From contig NMRA01000324.1 in assembly GCA_002633005.1 (NCBI GenBank), positions 130,052 to 194,051 on the forward strand: DNA of 64,000 nucleotides. The letters are read 5' to 3'. The notes beneath the pieces were generated by a model that saw nothing but the letters and a program-made list of their open reading frames with translations, had not been told where the DNA came from and did no database searches. Position 1 is the first letter of the stretch. Each line of letters begins with the position of its first letter. The translations under genes and the position numbers were made by a program. Source of the stretch: Phoronis australis (lineage: Eukaryota > Animalia > Phoronida). Shown piece after piece: positions 49,803 to 63,609 of this stretch.

Positions 49803-50849
49803 AGGAGAACGTCACCCAAAAGACAACCTATTTTGTATCAATTTAGATTGAGTAGTTCCACTCGATAATTGCAAATTCAGTTCCTTTACCTGACACCTGA
49901 CTTCAGATGGATGTGTTGAAATTAACCAATGACATCACAGGTTCAAACTGAGTCTGTTCAGCAGTTCACGACATGCTTACTGGTGTTAGCTTATCACTTG
50001 AGTTCATTGTTTTACACCAATGAATCAAAATTCAATATAAAACCCTTACAAACACATTGAGTTCTTGAACAAACATATTGTTTTATTTCGTTGTTACAGA
50101 TTTATAGGTATTTGAATGTACCGTAGTGTACAGAAATTGGTAGGCCAATTTACCAAGGTTGGTCGCAGGAGTTGGGGTCTTTTCGGTGATAAATTTGAAT
50201 TATTCTTCTGAGAAATACAGACATGAGAACATAGCCGTTTGTTGTAATTTTAGAATTGCGATTTTTTCAGTTCTTAACACACAAAATGCTTCTTATCCTG
50301 GCTCGGAACCCAATCGGGCCCGTCACGGCCGGACTGAATACATCACGAACACAGTTGCAAAAAATATACTAGTGAGCCAAAGAAATAAATGTGCACCTGA
50401 TTATTTTGGTGAATTAGCCGCGAAACTGCAAATCTACTTACTCGTCGGGAGCCACGAAGTCAGGTTCCCCATCCACAGAATCGTCAGGCAAAAGTTGTAC
50501 AGTAACAATGATTCGAATAATGTATTATATGTAAATAGAGATTACCCTAACATCTGACCATAGCATATAAAAACAAGTTATTGTTTCACAACAGCGTTCT
50601 GTCAGCAAACACCGAATTAGCATGCGCTCACATGGCCTCGGTGCCGAGTCAATTCGGTTTATTGCATCTAAAGCCAGTAACGCACTCACTCTGCAGAAGA
50701 CCCACTGACGTCGCTGTGTCATTTACTCATCTTCCTCACAGGTTAATGCGACACCTCTCGGTGAGGTAAGATCGACTGTATACAAGGTGATGTGGATATA
50801 GACCGATTAAGAGGGTAAAAAGACTAATTAAATCGGGTGACATTCTCCT
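49803..50849. mobile_element. Non-autonomous Kolobok-like DNA transposon, copy 2 (internally deleted)
   Basis: AGGAGAACGTCACC ... GGTGACATTCTCCT|TTAA; collinear with copy 1 but ~600 bp shorter. Confidence 0.75.
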
Positions 50850-50990
50850 TTAAAATCACCAATTTCATATCAAAAACAATAAAACAACCCCACTTGTTGA
50901 TCAGTTGCCAGACTAGCACACCCACAAACACTATCTGATGATTCATTAGCTGATGTCAAGTTACAATCATTATGATTTATTGGTTGATAC

Positions 50991-53900
50991 AGCACACATC
51001 ACGAATTTTTGTCCCCCCCGGTCGGAAATTGGTTGACGACTGGTCATCTAGCCGACCAGCAGCTGACCAACAATGGTCGGTTAGGAGCCATCTGCTGAGT
51101 CGCCTCTGCGGTTGGCACTTGGGTCGGCAAAGTAGACGATCAATTCGGATTAAGCGTGTCCATGGTTGGCAATTACCATTTTATGACTTACCAGGGGAAC
51201 TTTGGCCAAACAAACATTTAATTGATCGCTGTTCGTTCACCAGTGGCAACTTCGGTCTTGACATCGGTTTATCAACTCCTGTTCAACTATTGAAAGGTGG
51301 TAAAATCGAATCAACCTACATATACGAAGTGCGTGACATTACACCAACGTAAACTTAATGTTGAATTACTGATGGCGTGGTAAAATCAAACGTGAAGCAT
51401 AATTTCTAACTCTAGATGTGAGACTTTTTGTACAGTACATTATGCATAAAAGCAACCAAGAAATTTGAAATTTTACAGTAAAATTGAATAAAAATCAGAA
51501 TACAATGCTGATGTTTTACAACCTCAAGTGTTCTCATTCCGCGGAATGCTCAACAAGCAGCACGCATTTGCACTCATTCGTTATTGCTCTTGATCATCAC
51601 TTCATCACTCTGTGTAGTGCGCTTTACCATAGATAATTGTTTATTTTTGTAAAATTTTTTAATATGTTGGTACAGCAATAGAACAAAAGGTTATTTTAGA
51701 AATAACAGTGAACAATGGTTTGAACATAGCGCAGATATTAAGATCATGGGCGCATGAAAACGGAAGAATGTGATCGGTTATAGTGTTATCCATGATCCAT
51801 CATCATTCTGAGTTTGTTGTCACTTGAAGTAAAAAATTGTTTCAAAGCAAGAGCCTTCCTATCTAGCCAGCTAGCTGTATGAAGACTATCGTCACATTAC
51901 AGCAAGGTGCCTCTGTGTATTGAGCTCTGACAAACCTCGGAATTGCACACAGCCCGGATAGTTACGTTGGTCACCTCGTGAAGTTTGTATGAACATGAGC
52001 TAAAGACCGGCGGGTGTGCATGCAAAATCTGTGAGCAATTGACATTCACCTTGCACATTGCGGCTGTTTAAGCGGAAAATATCCTACATCATTTTCTTGC
52101 GTAATTCTATGCCTTTTGTAACAAAAAAATATATGTCATCGTTTTGAAAGGAGTACATTCGTGATACGCGCCACTTCCAGAATCTTTTCGACATCTCCCA
52201 TTAGATGATAAAATCGCAGCAAAATTTGTTCTAAAATTCGGTTTACTGATATCAAAATTCCAAAAACATTTAATGAAGTGAAACCAATTCTGATCATTTG
52301 CTGTGACTTACGCAACCTCAAGGCAGAACCTTTGATTGAAAAATCTGGGAAAACGTAACTGGCTAATACGTGACGCAATATTTCAAAAGATCACACAACT
52401 TTAACAGCAGAATAATTGTAGCAAAAACCAATTTTGCAACGCCGGTAAATATTTTAGATTACTCAAGGAAGATTTTATTCGGTCAGTTTTTACCCACAAT
52501 TGTGCAAAGTTGTATATTTAGTTTAGTAAACAGCTTCGCACCAAGGCTAGAGCTCCGAGCCCTTTGGAGTAATTACACAATACTTGGCGTTTCGCGTCTA
52601 CTCCAAGGGGTAAGACTTTGAAAATAATATTTTTGGGGTAACTCAGCACATGTGATCTTAAAGAAGGTAGTCTGTGTTTTCATGTAGAGCGTAAAAATGA
52701 TTAACCCAGTGATTCAAAAAGAACAGTCTCGCAAACGAAATTGCACACTGCAGTTCTATGACACAAGTTAAAAAGCAACATGTATAAGTTTATTGCATCG
52801 ATTCTAGTGATCATCAGGGCAAGTCAAAACTCTTAAGGGGCCGCGATTTCAAACCTGAATGCATCAATCAATAATTTTTGAAAATGTCCTCAAAAGTGGA
52901 CTTTTTTTAAACACCATGTTGGCCGTATTCGTCGGTGTACAAAAGCAATTTGAAAAAAAATTGTACACACTGCTCAAAGCACTTTAGTGGACATACGGAA
53001 ACGCCAACGTCTCTGTCTTACAACGCTGCATGTGCTTGGCATTTTTGATAAAGCGCTCTCATGCTGGAAATTTTTTAAGATAGAGCGCCGTTTTAAAAAA
53101 TTACAGCTGAGCATGGATTTATTCTGCTATTTTAGGACTGAAACGGAACCAAATCTCGCTTGGTGACTCATTAGAATGTGCAGAACTCGGGGAGTCTGGG
53201 GCGATACAAGCATATTTTTTATTTTGGCGCTGTACATGTAGTTGCCAGGCGTCATTCTGCGTCACTCACTACCTAAGGTGGCCAGATCATACATCATAAG
53301 TATCACCAGACGCTTTGCTTCTCAAAAAGGGCACCTTGGTGTATTTTCTATCATTTTATTCGACATTGCAATCGCTTTACCAAAGATTCGCGCATATAGA
53401 GACAAATACCTTTCACCACGTATTCACATCTTCTTGTTCAAATTTTTTTTTACATAATTTGTCAATATGTTGTTGACAGAAAATATTTATTTTTGGATCA
53501 ACATGAACGACCAACTGATAGGGGCCTACATATGCATGTAACTAGCCCAGATTTTAATGTCACTGATGCATGAAAACGGAATGCGCAAAGCTTGAATTGG
53601 TTGTAGCCTAAACAGTTGTTATTCTGCATTTGATGTCACTGTCTACCTTCGTGATAATCGTAACCATATAATTTCGAAGTTAGAGCCATCATAGTCCATG
53701 GGTTTAGGGCATACTGGACTGTGAATTTTGCATTTGTACTGCAAGGGTTAATATTATGAAAATAAAATCCCTGGAATGAGAGTTCTTCACTAACAACACA
53801 CTCACCCATCCGCATCATGGGCACGTGATAGGAGAACCGTGAATAACTTGAAAACACAAAAAGATGCAGTTCGGCATTACACAAACAAAAAACAATTGTG

Positions 53901-54420
53901 GGCGAAGACTGTCAAAAATAGCTACGGCATTGTATTGACCGGGAAGCATCCAATCTAATGCAACTTGTTAAGGTCACAAGTCAAATTAAAGATCAAATGT
54001 AAGAAAACTCACGTTTTTTATCCAAAACTTGTTGCATTGTCCATAATTCAATGTTCAATGTTACCGCTTGCCTTCAACCGTCGAAATAGTGGTGTTACAC
54101 AACCGATTTGAACTCGTGTAACGGAGACAGTAAAACTAGGTTAATTTATTTGACCCTGTGCCAAGACAAATATGCATCGCCACGCATAGTCATCAGCCTG
54201 ACAACTTATTACGCAACTGCTACTGACTCTAGCCTAAAAATAGCAGCTGGTCAGCTGATGGCCGGTCGGCAATTAAGGTCGGCTAGGGGTTCGCCTTATG
54301 AGTCGGCACTGCGGCCGGCTGCTGGGTGGTCATCTAATTTTTAGCCAACCGGACCGCTAATTTGCCGACTGGTCGTCGACTCCTAGCCAACTGGTCGGAC
54401 AAAAATTCGCGATCTGTGCT
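50991..54420. mobile_element. TIR DNA transposon remnant (CMC/EnSpm-like) with GC-rich subterminal repeats
   Basis: agcacacatcacgaatttttgtcc matches the reverse complement of 54397-54420 at 22/24; repeated ggtcgg/ccgac subterminal motifs. Confidence 0.6.
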
Positions 54421-57400
54421 CTACATGATACGTAAAATAGGGATAACCAATCACAGCTCTAGTCATCCTCCATTGTGTTTAGTGTGAGAGGTTGTCACAT
54501 ATAGTCGCTCATTTTACCGTGGTTTATGGTATAATAGGGTATGACAAAGCATTACTTTTGTGGTGAGACAACTTAGTATTTGACCACACTGTGGCTCTTT
54601 ACTTTTCCACGAGACATGGAAGAAGCACGGATATGGCACAACATTGTAGAAGAAATTCTTGTGTTAGTGGACATGACACATTGGTGCTGGACAAACATCA
54701 CACTGACATGTTCGTGGAGCTAATAAACTTTTCAATTGAAGTTGCTTGTTTTTCTTCTATTTTCTCATCAAATTCACGATTGTGGTATAACGTAATGTTT
54801 AATGTTGTTGCGATTTAGTCACTTGTCAAAATAAGGTAAATGGTAGTTTTAATCACTTTAACAAGTTTGTTTTAAAGTGTAATTTGCAAGGTCCAAGTAT
54901 GTTAAATTGCAATAATATCTTCAAGGTATTGCTATTTGGATGTATTTTATTCAAATCATCGTATTATTGTATCTTTAGTTATTTAAAAAAGCGAAAATAA
55001 GAAAATGCGCGAAAAGTTGACGTTTGACACCGTGACATGGTGTTGGGGAACACAAACCAGATCATATCCCACAATGCAGTTCACTGCTATTATATCACAG
55101 TACACGAAGAACAAAGACCGTTTAACCTTGGCGTGTTTTAGCCATGGTGCATCGGCGTGTGTGTGCTAACTATTTTAACACCACCCAGGTGGAAGGCATG
55201 AGCCCATTTAAATTCTAAAAAGACTAGCATCTGGCTACGTAATGGCAGGTTTTCGTGTGCTCTGCTGGCGTCTTTTGAAAATGACTGTCGAGTCAGCCAT
55301 CTGTCGGAGCCGAAATATGCTCCGACCATTTTGAGGACGGCTGCTTTGACGACAAACACATCATGAAGGTTGAAGTTGGTCTTATAAAAAGGTAAGTTGC
55401 CTTGAGAATTTTGATATCTAGTAATTCATGACCCTTTCGCAGTGCCTGAACAATAACAATCTTTTTTCACAATCACCGTAGTTCTCAAGTGTTTAAAATC
55501 TGTTGTTTTTCCGTGAAAGATTTAGTTATAAGTGGATCAGTAAAACTAAAAGCCACAACAAATAAAGCTGATCTCAAAAGATGCATGTGTTTTGAAAAGA
55601 ATGCAGACTATGAATAATTAAGTAAAACGGGACGGTAACTCAATTCCAAGGTTTTGATTATTAAAGTAGTCTGTTTAAAAAAAAAACAGGATTAAAATCT
55701 AGTTTTGGCATTTGCTTGAAGGTTATAAAAGAAAGCGAAAACTTGCAATTAGATATCATTGTGTTTTACTTTATAATCATGTACAACTCTGGATTCAAAT
55801 TGTTCTTTTTTACTTTTGAATTGCCGCTGTTGTGCTTTTCAGAGTATGTAAATGAAAGGAGAACACCTTCCACTTAGTGCGGAACAAAAGAGAAGCTGGA
55901 GATCTTGAAATTCCCTTAGAAATTGATACCCCTCCAATGCCGACTGCTGGTGCTCCAGATGTGTCCAAGGAGGATGCCATGGCACAGATAAATTCAGACT
56001 TGGTGCTTTGTCAATGGACAGCACTGGAATTTCTTTCCGCCACATATTTAACAGTCACTACCAATGTTTTAGATCCAATTTTTGATAGTGGTACAGACAG
56101 CAATGCCAGAGTGTTTATAGTACCAGTAGTGGAAATTGTGAAAAGCTTTTGTGTGTGGTACTTGGCTGTCCCATTTGTATAGATAAACCCGGTGATATAC
56201 TATGTTCTTATATTGAAACTAGTGGCAGATTTAGAGGGGAGGCCATGCCCCCCTAAAATTCTCCCAGATTCCATTTGAATGTTTGGGGGGGGGGAATGTC
56301 TGATGGCGGGCAAAATCCTGGCTAATGCCGTGCCCTGGACCCCCTAACTCAAAATCCTGGATCCGCACCTGGAAACATTTCANTTTTTACTTTTGAATTG
56401 CCGCTGTTGTGCTTTTCAGAGTATGTAAATGAAAGGAGAACACCTTCCACTTAGTGCGGAGCAAAAGAGAAGCTGGAGATCTTGAAATTCGCTTAGAAAT
56501 TGATGCCCCTCCAATGCCGACTGCTGGTGCTCCAGATGTGTCCAAGGAGGATGCCGTGGCACAGATAAATTCAGACTTGGTGCTTTGTAAATGGACAGCA
56601 CTGGAATTTCTTTCCGTCACATATTTAACAGTCACTACCAATGTTTAAGATCAAATTTTTGATAGTGGTACAGATAGCAATGCCAGAGTGTTTATAGTAC
56701 CAGAAGTGGAAATTGTGAAAAGCTTTTGTGTGTGGTATTTGGCTGTCCCATTTGTATAGATAAACCCAGTGATTTACTATGTTCTTATATTGAAACTAGT
56801 GGCAGATTTAGAGGGGGGCCATGCCCCCCTAAAATTCTCCCAGATTCCATTTGACTGTTTGGGGGTGCGAATGTCTGACGGGCAAAATCCTGGCTAATAC
56901 CGTGCCCTGGCCCCCCTAACTAAAAATCCTGGATCCGCACCTGGAAACATTTCAATGGTTCTTCGATACAATGACTATAAATATTGCGGCATAGCTTTTT
57001 TAAGTATATTTGATTTGCACTAAACTGTTGCTGTTACAGTGGGTCGGTAAAGGAAGACTTTCTTACATGTAAGTGGGGGTGAAAAGGTACTTGTTTGGGT
57101 CGTCAGTCTTTTCGTGCGACAAACTCATCTAAATTGTACACAGAATAATCACTTGCACAGAATTCGAACATTGTCTTGGGAATTTTTGAGTGAGTGGTAN
57201 CTATTATAGTAATCAAGAAATTACAATGGGCTTTCTCGTGATATGGCAATTCGGTTGAAAAACGACAGAGTTCCAAAACGTTTTAAGGGCAGTAAATCCC
57301 ATTACACACAATGGAGCAAATGATTGCAAACAACTCTCATGCAAGCGCAGCGCAATCTCAGTGGCTGCAAGATCGTGATAGGTATTCCAGGGAAAGATTT

Positions 57401-58279
57401 CCCTGTATTGCGTTAGCACCAGTACGAGCGATTTGATTTTAACATTTAACTGCCTTTCCAACATTCAAAATTTTTCGTTGGTAAACAACCATTCGTATGA
57501 AGTTAAAATAACTTATTTAGTTAAACTTGCTGCTGTTACGTTGTACTTTTACCGATCTATGTCCCACTCTATGCATGACAGCATTATGTCCTAAAAGGCA
57601 TTTGGAACGGACAACTATGAATGATTCTTACCCTAAGTTGATTGCAATAGACACACCAGTGTCAGGAGTTTAATTTCCATATTCTTTTGTTGAATTTTAT
57701 TTCATTGTTTCAATGGCAAAATTAAGTTGAGTACAACACATTGCAACTACTGTCTCTTTGTGGAGAGACCTCAACCTCTATTGGTTAACCTTCTTGGGGA
57801 ACGCAATTGGGTAACATGAATTACATGTTAGTGCATCACCTTTTACCAGTGTGATCTTAATAACTCCTCAGAAAGAAGTAAAGTTTGAGAACAACGTGAT
57901 TGATGTTTGCATATGTCTGGCAGACAACAGCGACAATTGGCAATATTCCCTCCAATAAAATCATAAAGCGCAAGAGACATTGTTGGATGATGGCTATGAT
58001 AAATTTAGCTTTACAGCCTGCGAACCAAGTATGTGTTCTCAGATGTAGAAACAATAATGTTTATTTATTATGAATAACTACCATCTATATTGCACGTTTT
58101 TTCTAAGAAATTTCCTCATCATTTGGTGTTATTAATTTTTGTCTTTTGCATCCTTGCTCGACTTCGGAGGGCAAAATCGGAACACATTAAACTAGAATTG
58201 CCTTGAAATGGGTTTGTTTCTTTAATTATGTTACTCCATGCAGTCGGGATGTTAACTTGTCTTAATGTTCTTTTCACAG

Positions 58280-58378
58280 TACGGATGTACTCCACTTCAT
58301 GCAGCAGCAGATTGTGGCAAAGCAAGCACCGTAAAGGTACTGCTAGAGCATAATGCCAATGTGAACGCCCTGGATAAG
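58280..58378 (+). CDS. Isolated ankyrin-repeat exon (YGCTPLHAAADCGKASTVKVLLEHNANVNALDK); parent gene unknown
   Basis: Exactly 99 nt, phase 0-0, ttcttttcacag acceptor and AAG|gtacag donor; ankyrin consensus G.TPLH.AA..G....V..LL...A.VN..D. Confidence 0.75.
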
Positions 58379-59093
58379 GTACAGTAGTCATCGTGTGAAA
58401 TAGAAATCGACATACGAAGCAATCTGTTGCCTTCTTCTAAAATTGTGTTTGCCCCAAATTTTATCTTGACGTTGGATATTAAGGTTTTCTCGAACCTTAT
58501 AAGTATTGACCTTCATTCTAACTCATACATCAGTAAAAGTGTATTTTCTGAAAGAAAATGGTCAAAGATTGTAAAAATATGTTTTATGTTGATGTGCTAC
58601 TATATTTATTATGTTAACATCTTTCTCAATCAAAATTGCAAGGAAGATGAATTCCATACCAAAATAACCTCATGGAGAATTTCAATGAACTCCTTTTTAA
58701 ATGAAAAATTCAACCTCAAAATAGCTTTAAGGAATTTTTAGATTACTCTGTTTGTTTTGTTTCTACACCAAAGTTACTCGCAAGTCGTAATTTGACTCGT
58801 GACGTTAACAAGATGTATTAGATCGGTTGCTTCCCGGTCAATACAACGCTGTATTCATTTTGTAAACACAGCTATTTTAGCAGTCTTCGCCCGCATTTGA
58901 TTTCAAGTTGTTTGTGTAACGCCAAACTGCATCTTTTTGCGTTTATTGTCACTACAACTTTTTGCAACTCATTTGAATTACATAAAACTAGTCCCCGAGT
59001 CACAAGTTTTTATAACAGAATACATAGGTCATGTGGAGGAGTTGGCATTCCAGGGCTAAGACAACTGTTGATATCTATAAATGGGTGAAACTT

Positions 59094-59494
59094 TTAAGAA
59101 AATCCTTGGAACTTAAATTCTTCCTCATTTCCTGGCGGAGGGTAGAAAGCTCTGATGCAGGCTACTGCGCATGCTGGAATGACAACACGGACTGTTCGTC
59201 CTAAGTGACCGTGTACCCATCTTTGGAACTGTCTGTAGGCCACGTTTCAAATCATTTTATCCAAGAGTCTCTCAAAGCCATCAGGATATTGGCTTTTGTA
59301 CTGCAACCATGCAGTCTCCAAAACACCACGATTGATGTATACAGGTTTAAACCATGCTCCACAATACATTTTTTCTTCCGTGTTAGTTGTCACGCTTCAT
59401 TTCTTCATCAAGCTTTGCAACAACCTTGTCAACTTCTTGGCAACATACTCTTTCTTCAACAAATGAGGTTGTCTGACAGTTGCCCCAGGTGCAC
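59094..59494 (-). pseudogene. P2RX7 C-terminal-like (nanor/Zn-Cys domain) pseudo-exon
   Basis: Manual translation after a ttgcag acceptor: CTWGNC...EERVCCQE...(frameshift)...VLETAW...*NVAYRQFQRWVHGHLGRTVRVVIPACAVACIRAFYP...FQGFS*. Confidence 0.7.
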
Positions 59495-60259
59495 CTGCAA
59501 GATGTGTCAACAATTATTTCAGTAAACATCAAAATTTCGAATTGAAAAATTTACCAAGAGTGCCTCTACCAAATTGAGGGGTCTGCATACGACTTCAGTT
59601 TACAGGAAAATTGGTTGGAACATCACAACCTATTTATTTTTTGTACAAATTGATAATTTTTAGTAAAGATATTTACTTTTCATACAAATGAATAGTGCTA
59701 CACCCAAGGTAGTTCATGCCCGGGGGATATAGTAATGGACATTAGTTGTTTGATTTTTTAGCTGACCCTAAGACAAAAGGTAGTTGCCCTGATTCATTGA
59801 TGGAGGGGACTGTTTTGTATGTAGTCGTGAGACCTGTTCTCCCAATCTGAATCCTATCGGCACCCACATACCATTAATCAAACTAGACAATGACAATGGG
59901 GCAAACCAACTTGAAAAGCAGTGTTGCCACTCAAAGGGTCGCCCATGTTTTAAATATTACAGTATACATTAAAACTTCTTGATATGCTACATGGGCAATC
60001 ACCAATCCAATGGTATGCTCTCTTTACTCCACAGAAACTTTACCAGGCGGTTCCTACCCAAGTCGACTCGTAACCAAGCCATGTACCATATTTCATTTAT
60101 AAATAATGGCAACATTGGGTCAATGTACATCGACATGAAATGGTTGTTTCCATTTCAAGCATCGCCTTACAAAATAAAACTGTTTTGGAACACATGTGTA
60201 GATTGATATAGGTCCGAGTTGACTTGAGTACGAAAATGAAATGACTTGTTCTATAACCT

Positions 60260-60885
60260 CCCATACCAAAAGACAATGTTTGCCACAAGCTTGCAGCAAA
60301 CATGCCGCAAGCTTGCTGCAAACAATTTTGTTTGCAGCAAACCAGCCGCAAAGTTTGCAGGAGTTTGCCGCTACCCGCAACTCAGCCGCACACATTGCCG
60401 CAACCTTGCTGCAAACACTGAAGTTTGCAGGAATGTTGCGGCAAACTTGGTGATTGAAATAGTGTTTGCGGGAAAGTTGCAGGAAACTTTATTGTTGAAA
60501 AGGAGTTTGCGGGAAAGTTGCAGGAAACTTTATTGTTGAAAAGTGTTTGTGGGAAAGTTGCAGAAAACTTTATTGGTGAAAAAATGTTTGCGGGAAAGTT
60601 GCAGGAAACTTTATTGATGAAAAAGTGTTTGCGGGAAAGTTGCAGGAAACTTTATTGGGGAAAAAGTGTTTGCGGGAAAGTTGCAGGAAACTTTATTGGT
60701 GAAAAGTGTTCTCAGGAATAGGTGAAAAAGTGCTTGNTATTGGTGAAAAAGTGTTTGCGGGAAAGATGCAGGAAACTTTATTGGTGAAAAAGTGTTTGTG
60801 GGAAAGTTGCAGGAAACTTTATTGGTGAAAAGTGTTCTCAGGAATAGGTGAAAAAGTGCTTGCACGAAATTTGCAGTAAACTTCA
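60260..60885. mobile_element. CMC/EnSpm-like element end with gcaagcttgc subterminal repeats and a ~40-bp tandem array
   Basis: CCC start, repeated palindromic gcaagcttgc, tandem gtgtttgcgggaaagttgcaggaaactttattg. Confidence 0.5.
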
Positions 60886-63609
60886 ATGTTTAAAGTGTTA
60901 GCATTAATATTGTGACAATGTTAGAAATTGTGAACTTATTTTTATTTTCCAAATTTCAAAGAAACCTCAAATCCCAGAACCTAAGCAGGGCAGTTACTTA
61001 TTTTAGATTACTTACCTAAATGTGACCTATTATTGGTTACATTGTTAAAAACAGCAAATGCTCAACGATGACCAAATGCGACCTAAAACACTAGAGAAGA
61101 TAACTGCATCTGTATGTTCTTTGTTTTTTGTTCAGTCACTATACTTAACAAGTTTTCATTTTCCTTTCATACTGCTGTCTAAGTCAGTACAGCAAAATAT
61201 TAAATGCAATTGCTTTATAACAACAAAGGCAGTGTTACCTGCATGTTGTGTAAACAAGCACAATAAATATCAATTCAAACCATACACAAATATATGATCC
61301 AGTTTTACCAAATGTGCAAGTATAGCATTTAGAGCAATTTGTACTTTTCCAACATTTGAAATTATCTCATAATCAGGTGGTAGCTGCCAGTCTGTAGCTA
61401 CATTAAAATTTTGTCTATTTCGGACAAAAATAATTGCCAAAAATTACTCATTTTGATTTTTCAAGGACATTTAGCATTGTTGTGAAGACTAACAATTTTT
61501 CAAAATATTGTCTGTCAGCAGCTATGGTACGGACTTGGATATGACTCGGGATTCTTGTGGTACTGCCACATTATTTATGAAAAAATAAGAAATTTAATTT
61601 CACTAGTGTCCTTATATTATTGTTTTATGCTTCTAGGGTTATTGTTTATTTTAATCATACTAGGCCAGCTACATGTTGAACTGCTAGGACTGTTTTCAAG
61701 GAATGCCTCTTGGAATACATTAATGTTTAATGCCTCTAGGGCGGTTGATTGTTTATTTAAATTATGCTAGCCCTGCCACATGTTGATCTGGTGGGACTGT
61801 TATCAAGGAAAGCATGTGGTTGTCAAGGTTACATGCCTGTGAAGTGACCTATAAGCTCTCATTGAACCAAATTCAAACGGTTTTGTTACAGCCTAGACTC
61901 TACATGGATAACTGAAGAACTGTATGGATGTGAGTTTTGAATTTAAAATTGTATTTATATTGATGTGATTGTTAACTAAAATTACTTAGACTTCATTCAT
62001 GAATCAGTAGTTTTGGTCTTACAAACAAAAGGAAGTTGATTTTCTTACTGATTCAGCCAAATTGGAGGTTTTAATGGTTAGGGAAAAGTACAGCACAGAT
62101 TTCAAATGAGTTAACTGGGGTTGAGACCAGAATCAACTAGTTTCCAAAACGTTGTCAAGTTACATGTAACCAGTCCTTCAAAATAATCACTTAACTGAGA
62201 CTGTAAAACTTAAGTTTGTGTCAATTTTCACATTGCTCTCTGGCTGTTTTACTCACAATAGGAACAACAATTTTTTATTTTGGTTAAATGCATGGTAGCT
62301 ATTGGGCACAAAATAAGATTAGCATATTGTAACTACTGGTAGGTGTTTCAACTGCCATCACCTTCAGCCATACCTCAGTCTGCAGTCAAACTATTGAACA
62401 CAAGTTTAACTGTCTGTTCATACATGAGCAGAACAGCAAAAGTTCGACTTAAAACGTAATTGAGATTCTAATAATGCTATCACAAATGCCTTTTTGTGGA
62501 AAGTGAAATGGCATTCATATTTTAGGTTTGTGAATATTGAGTGATATAATGTACTTGATGAAAGCCAGAGACACTGCAGAGGTTACGAGGCAACAAGTTT
62601 GAGTTGAAAACACCGGAACAAATGGCGTACACAGCATCTCAAGGTTGGTTCGAACAAACATGGATGAAAACACTAGCGATCATTCCAATGAACCCTATGG
62701 AACACCTCCGATTGCTGTAATGCAGATTAGTCTGGAGTAGAATGTGTTTAGAATGTCCACTAGTATGGTAATAACTGGATATAACCTCTGTAGTTGTTCT
62801 TTTCAACACCATGGTAATATTGTAGAATAGAAAGGTATTTTGCCTTAGATAAATGAATGATGTTATTGGATGCTATCGCTATAGTCGAAATATTGCAAAT
62901 TTCAACAAAGGCCCACAAGTTCAATGATAGCCCATTCAGTAGACTGGTGTATCATAAAACCATATTGGGAAGCAAAAATAGTAATCGATGAAGTATTCGA
63001 CAGTTTTCAAGTATTTTAGATGAACATGGGAAAATAAATATGTTTATAATTGTTAAGAATGATTTTTTTCAGTTGACAAGTAATGAGGTAATTTAAAATA
63101 AAATGCTTAAATATGCTCGACATGCTGTTTTAAGCATGCTATTCCACGGGGGAAAGTCAGATTTCATGGTTTTCTCCACTGGCATTCGACATATTTTGCG
63201 CCATTTTCAATGCTAATAAACACTCCGTTGGGTGCATTTCAACGCTCTGTGTTTCTGTTAGTTTAGTCAAGTAAACAATATCGTTGTTGCAATTATTATA
63301 GATTTTGTCGTGCGTTAAGAATAAAACATCTCGGTATATTGTAATTAAAGCTTGGCACTTTTATAGTTTCTGTTATTCATTGTCATGTGATTTTGTTTTC
63401 ATTTCTAGTCATTATACATCAGATTGAAAATTATCATGTTAAATCCAGTGTGCAGCTGATTGTGTATTTTCTTGCTTTAAGAAGCGGGCATGTAATAAAA
63501 ATTATGTATTTGTCAGCTGGCATTTTTGCATTAAATTATTTATGCAACAATTCAAGTATGTTGTAGGCTTGCAGCAATATTTTTTCTTGTGGTTCGCAGA
63601 AACTTCTAT

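Noticed and set aside
55807-56953. ~575-bp tandem duplication with a few differences
   Set aside because: Joined at a single n (56383); likely two haplotypes placed side by side.
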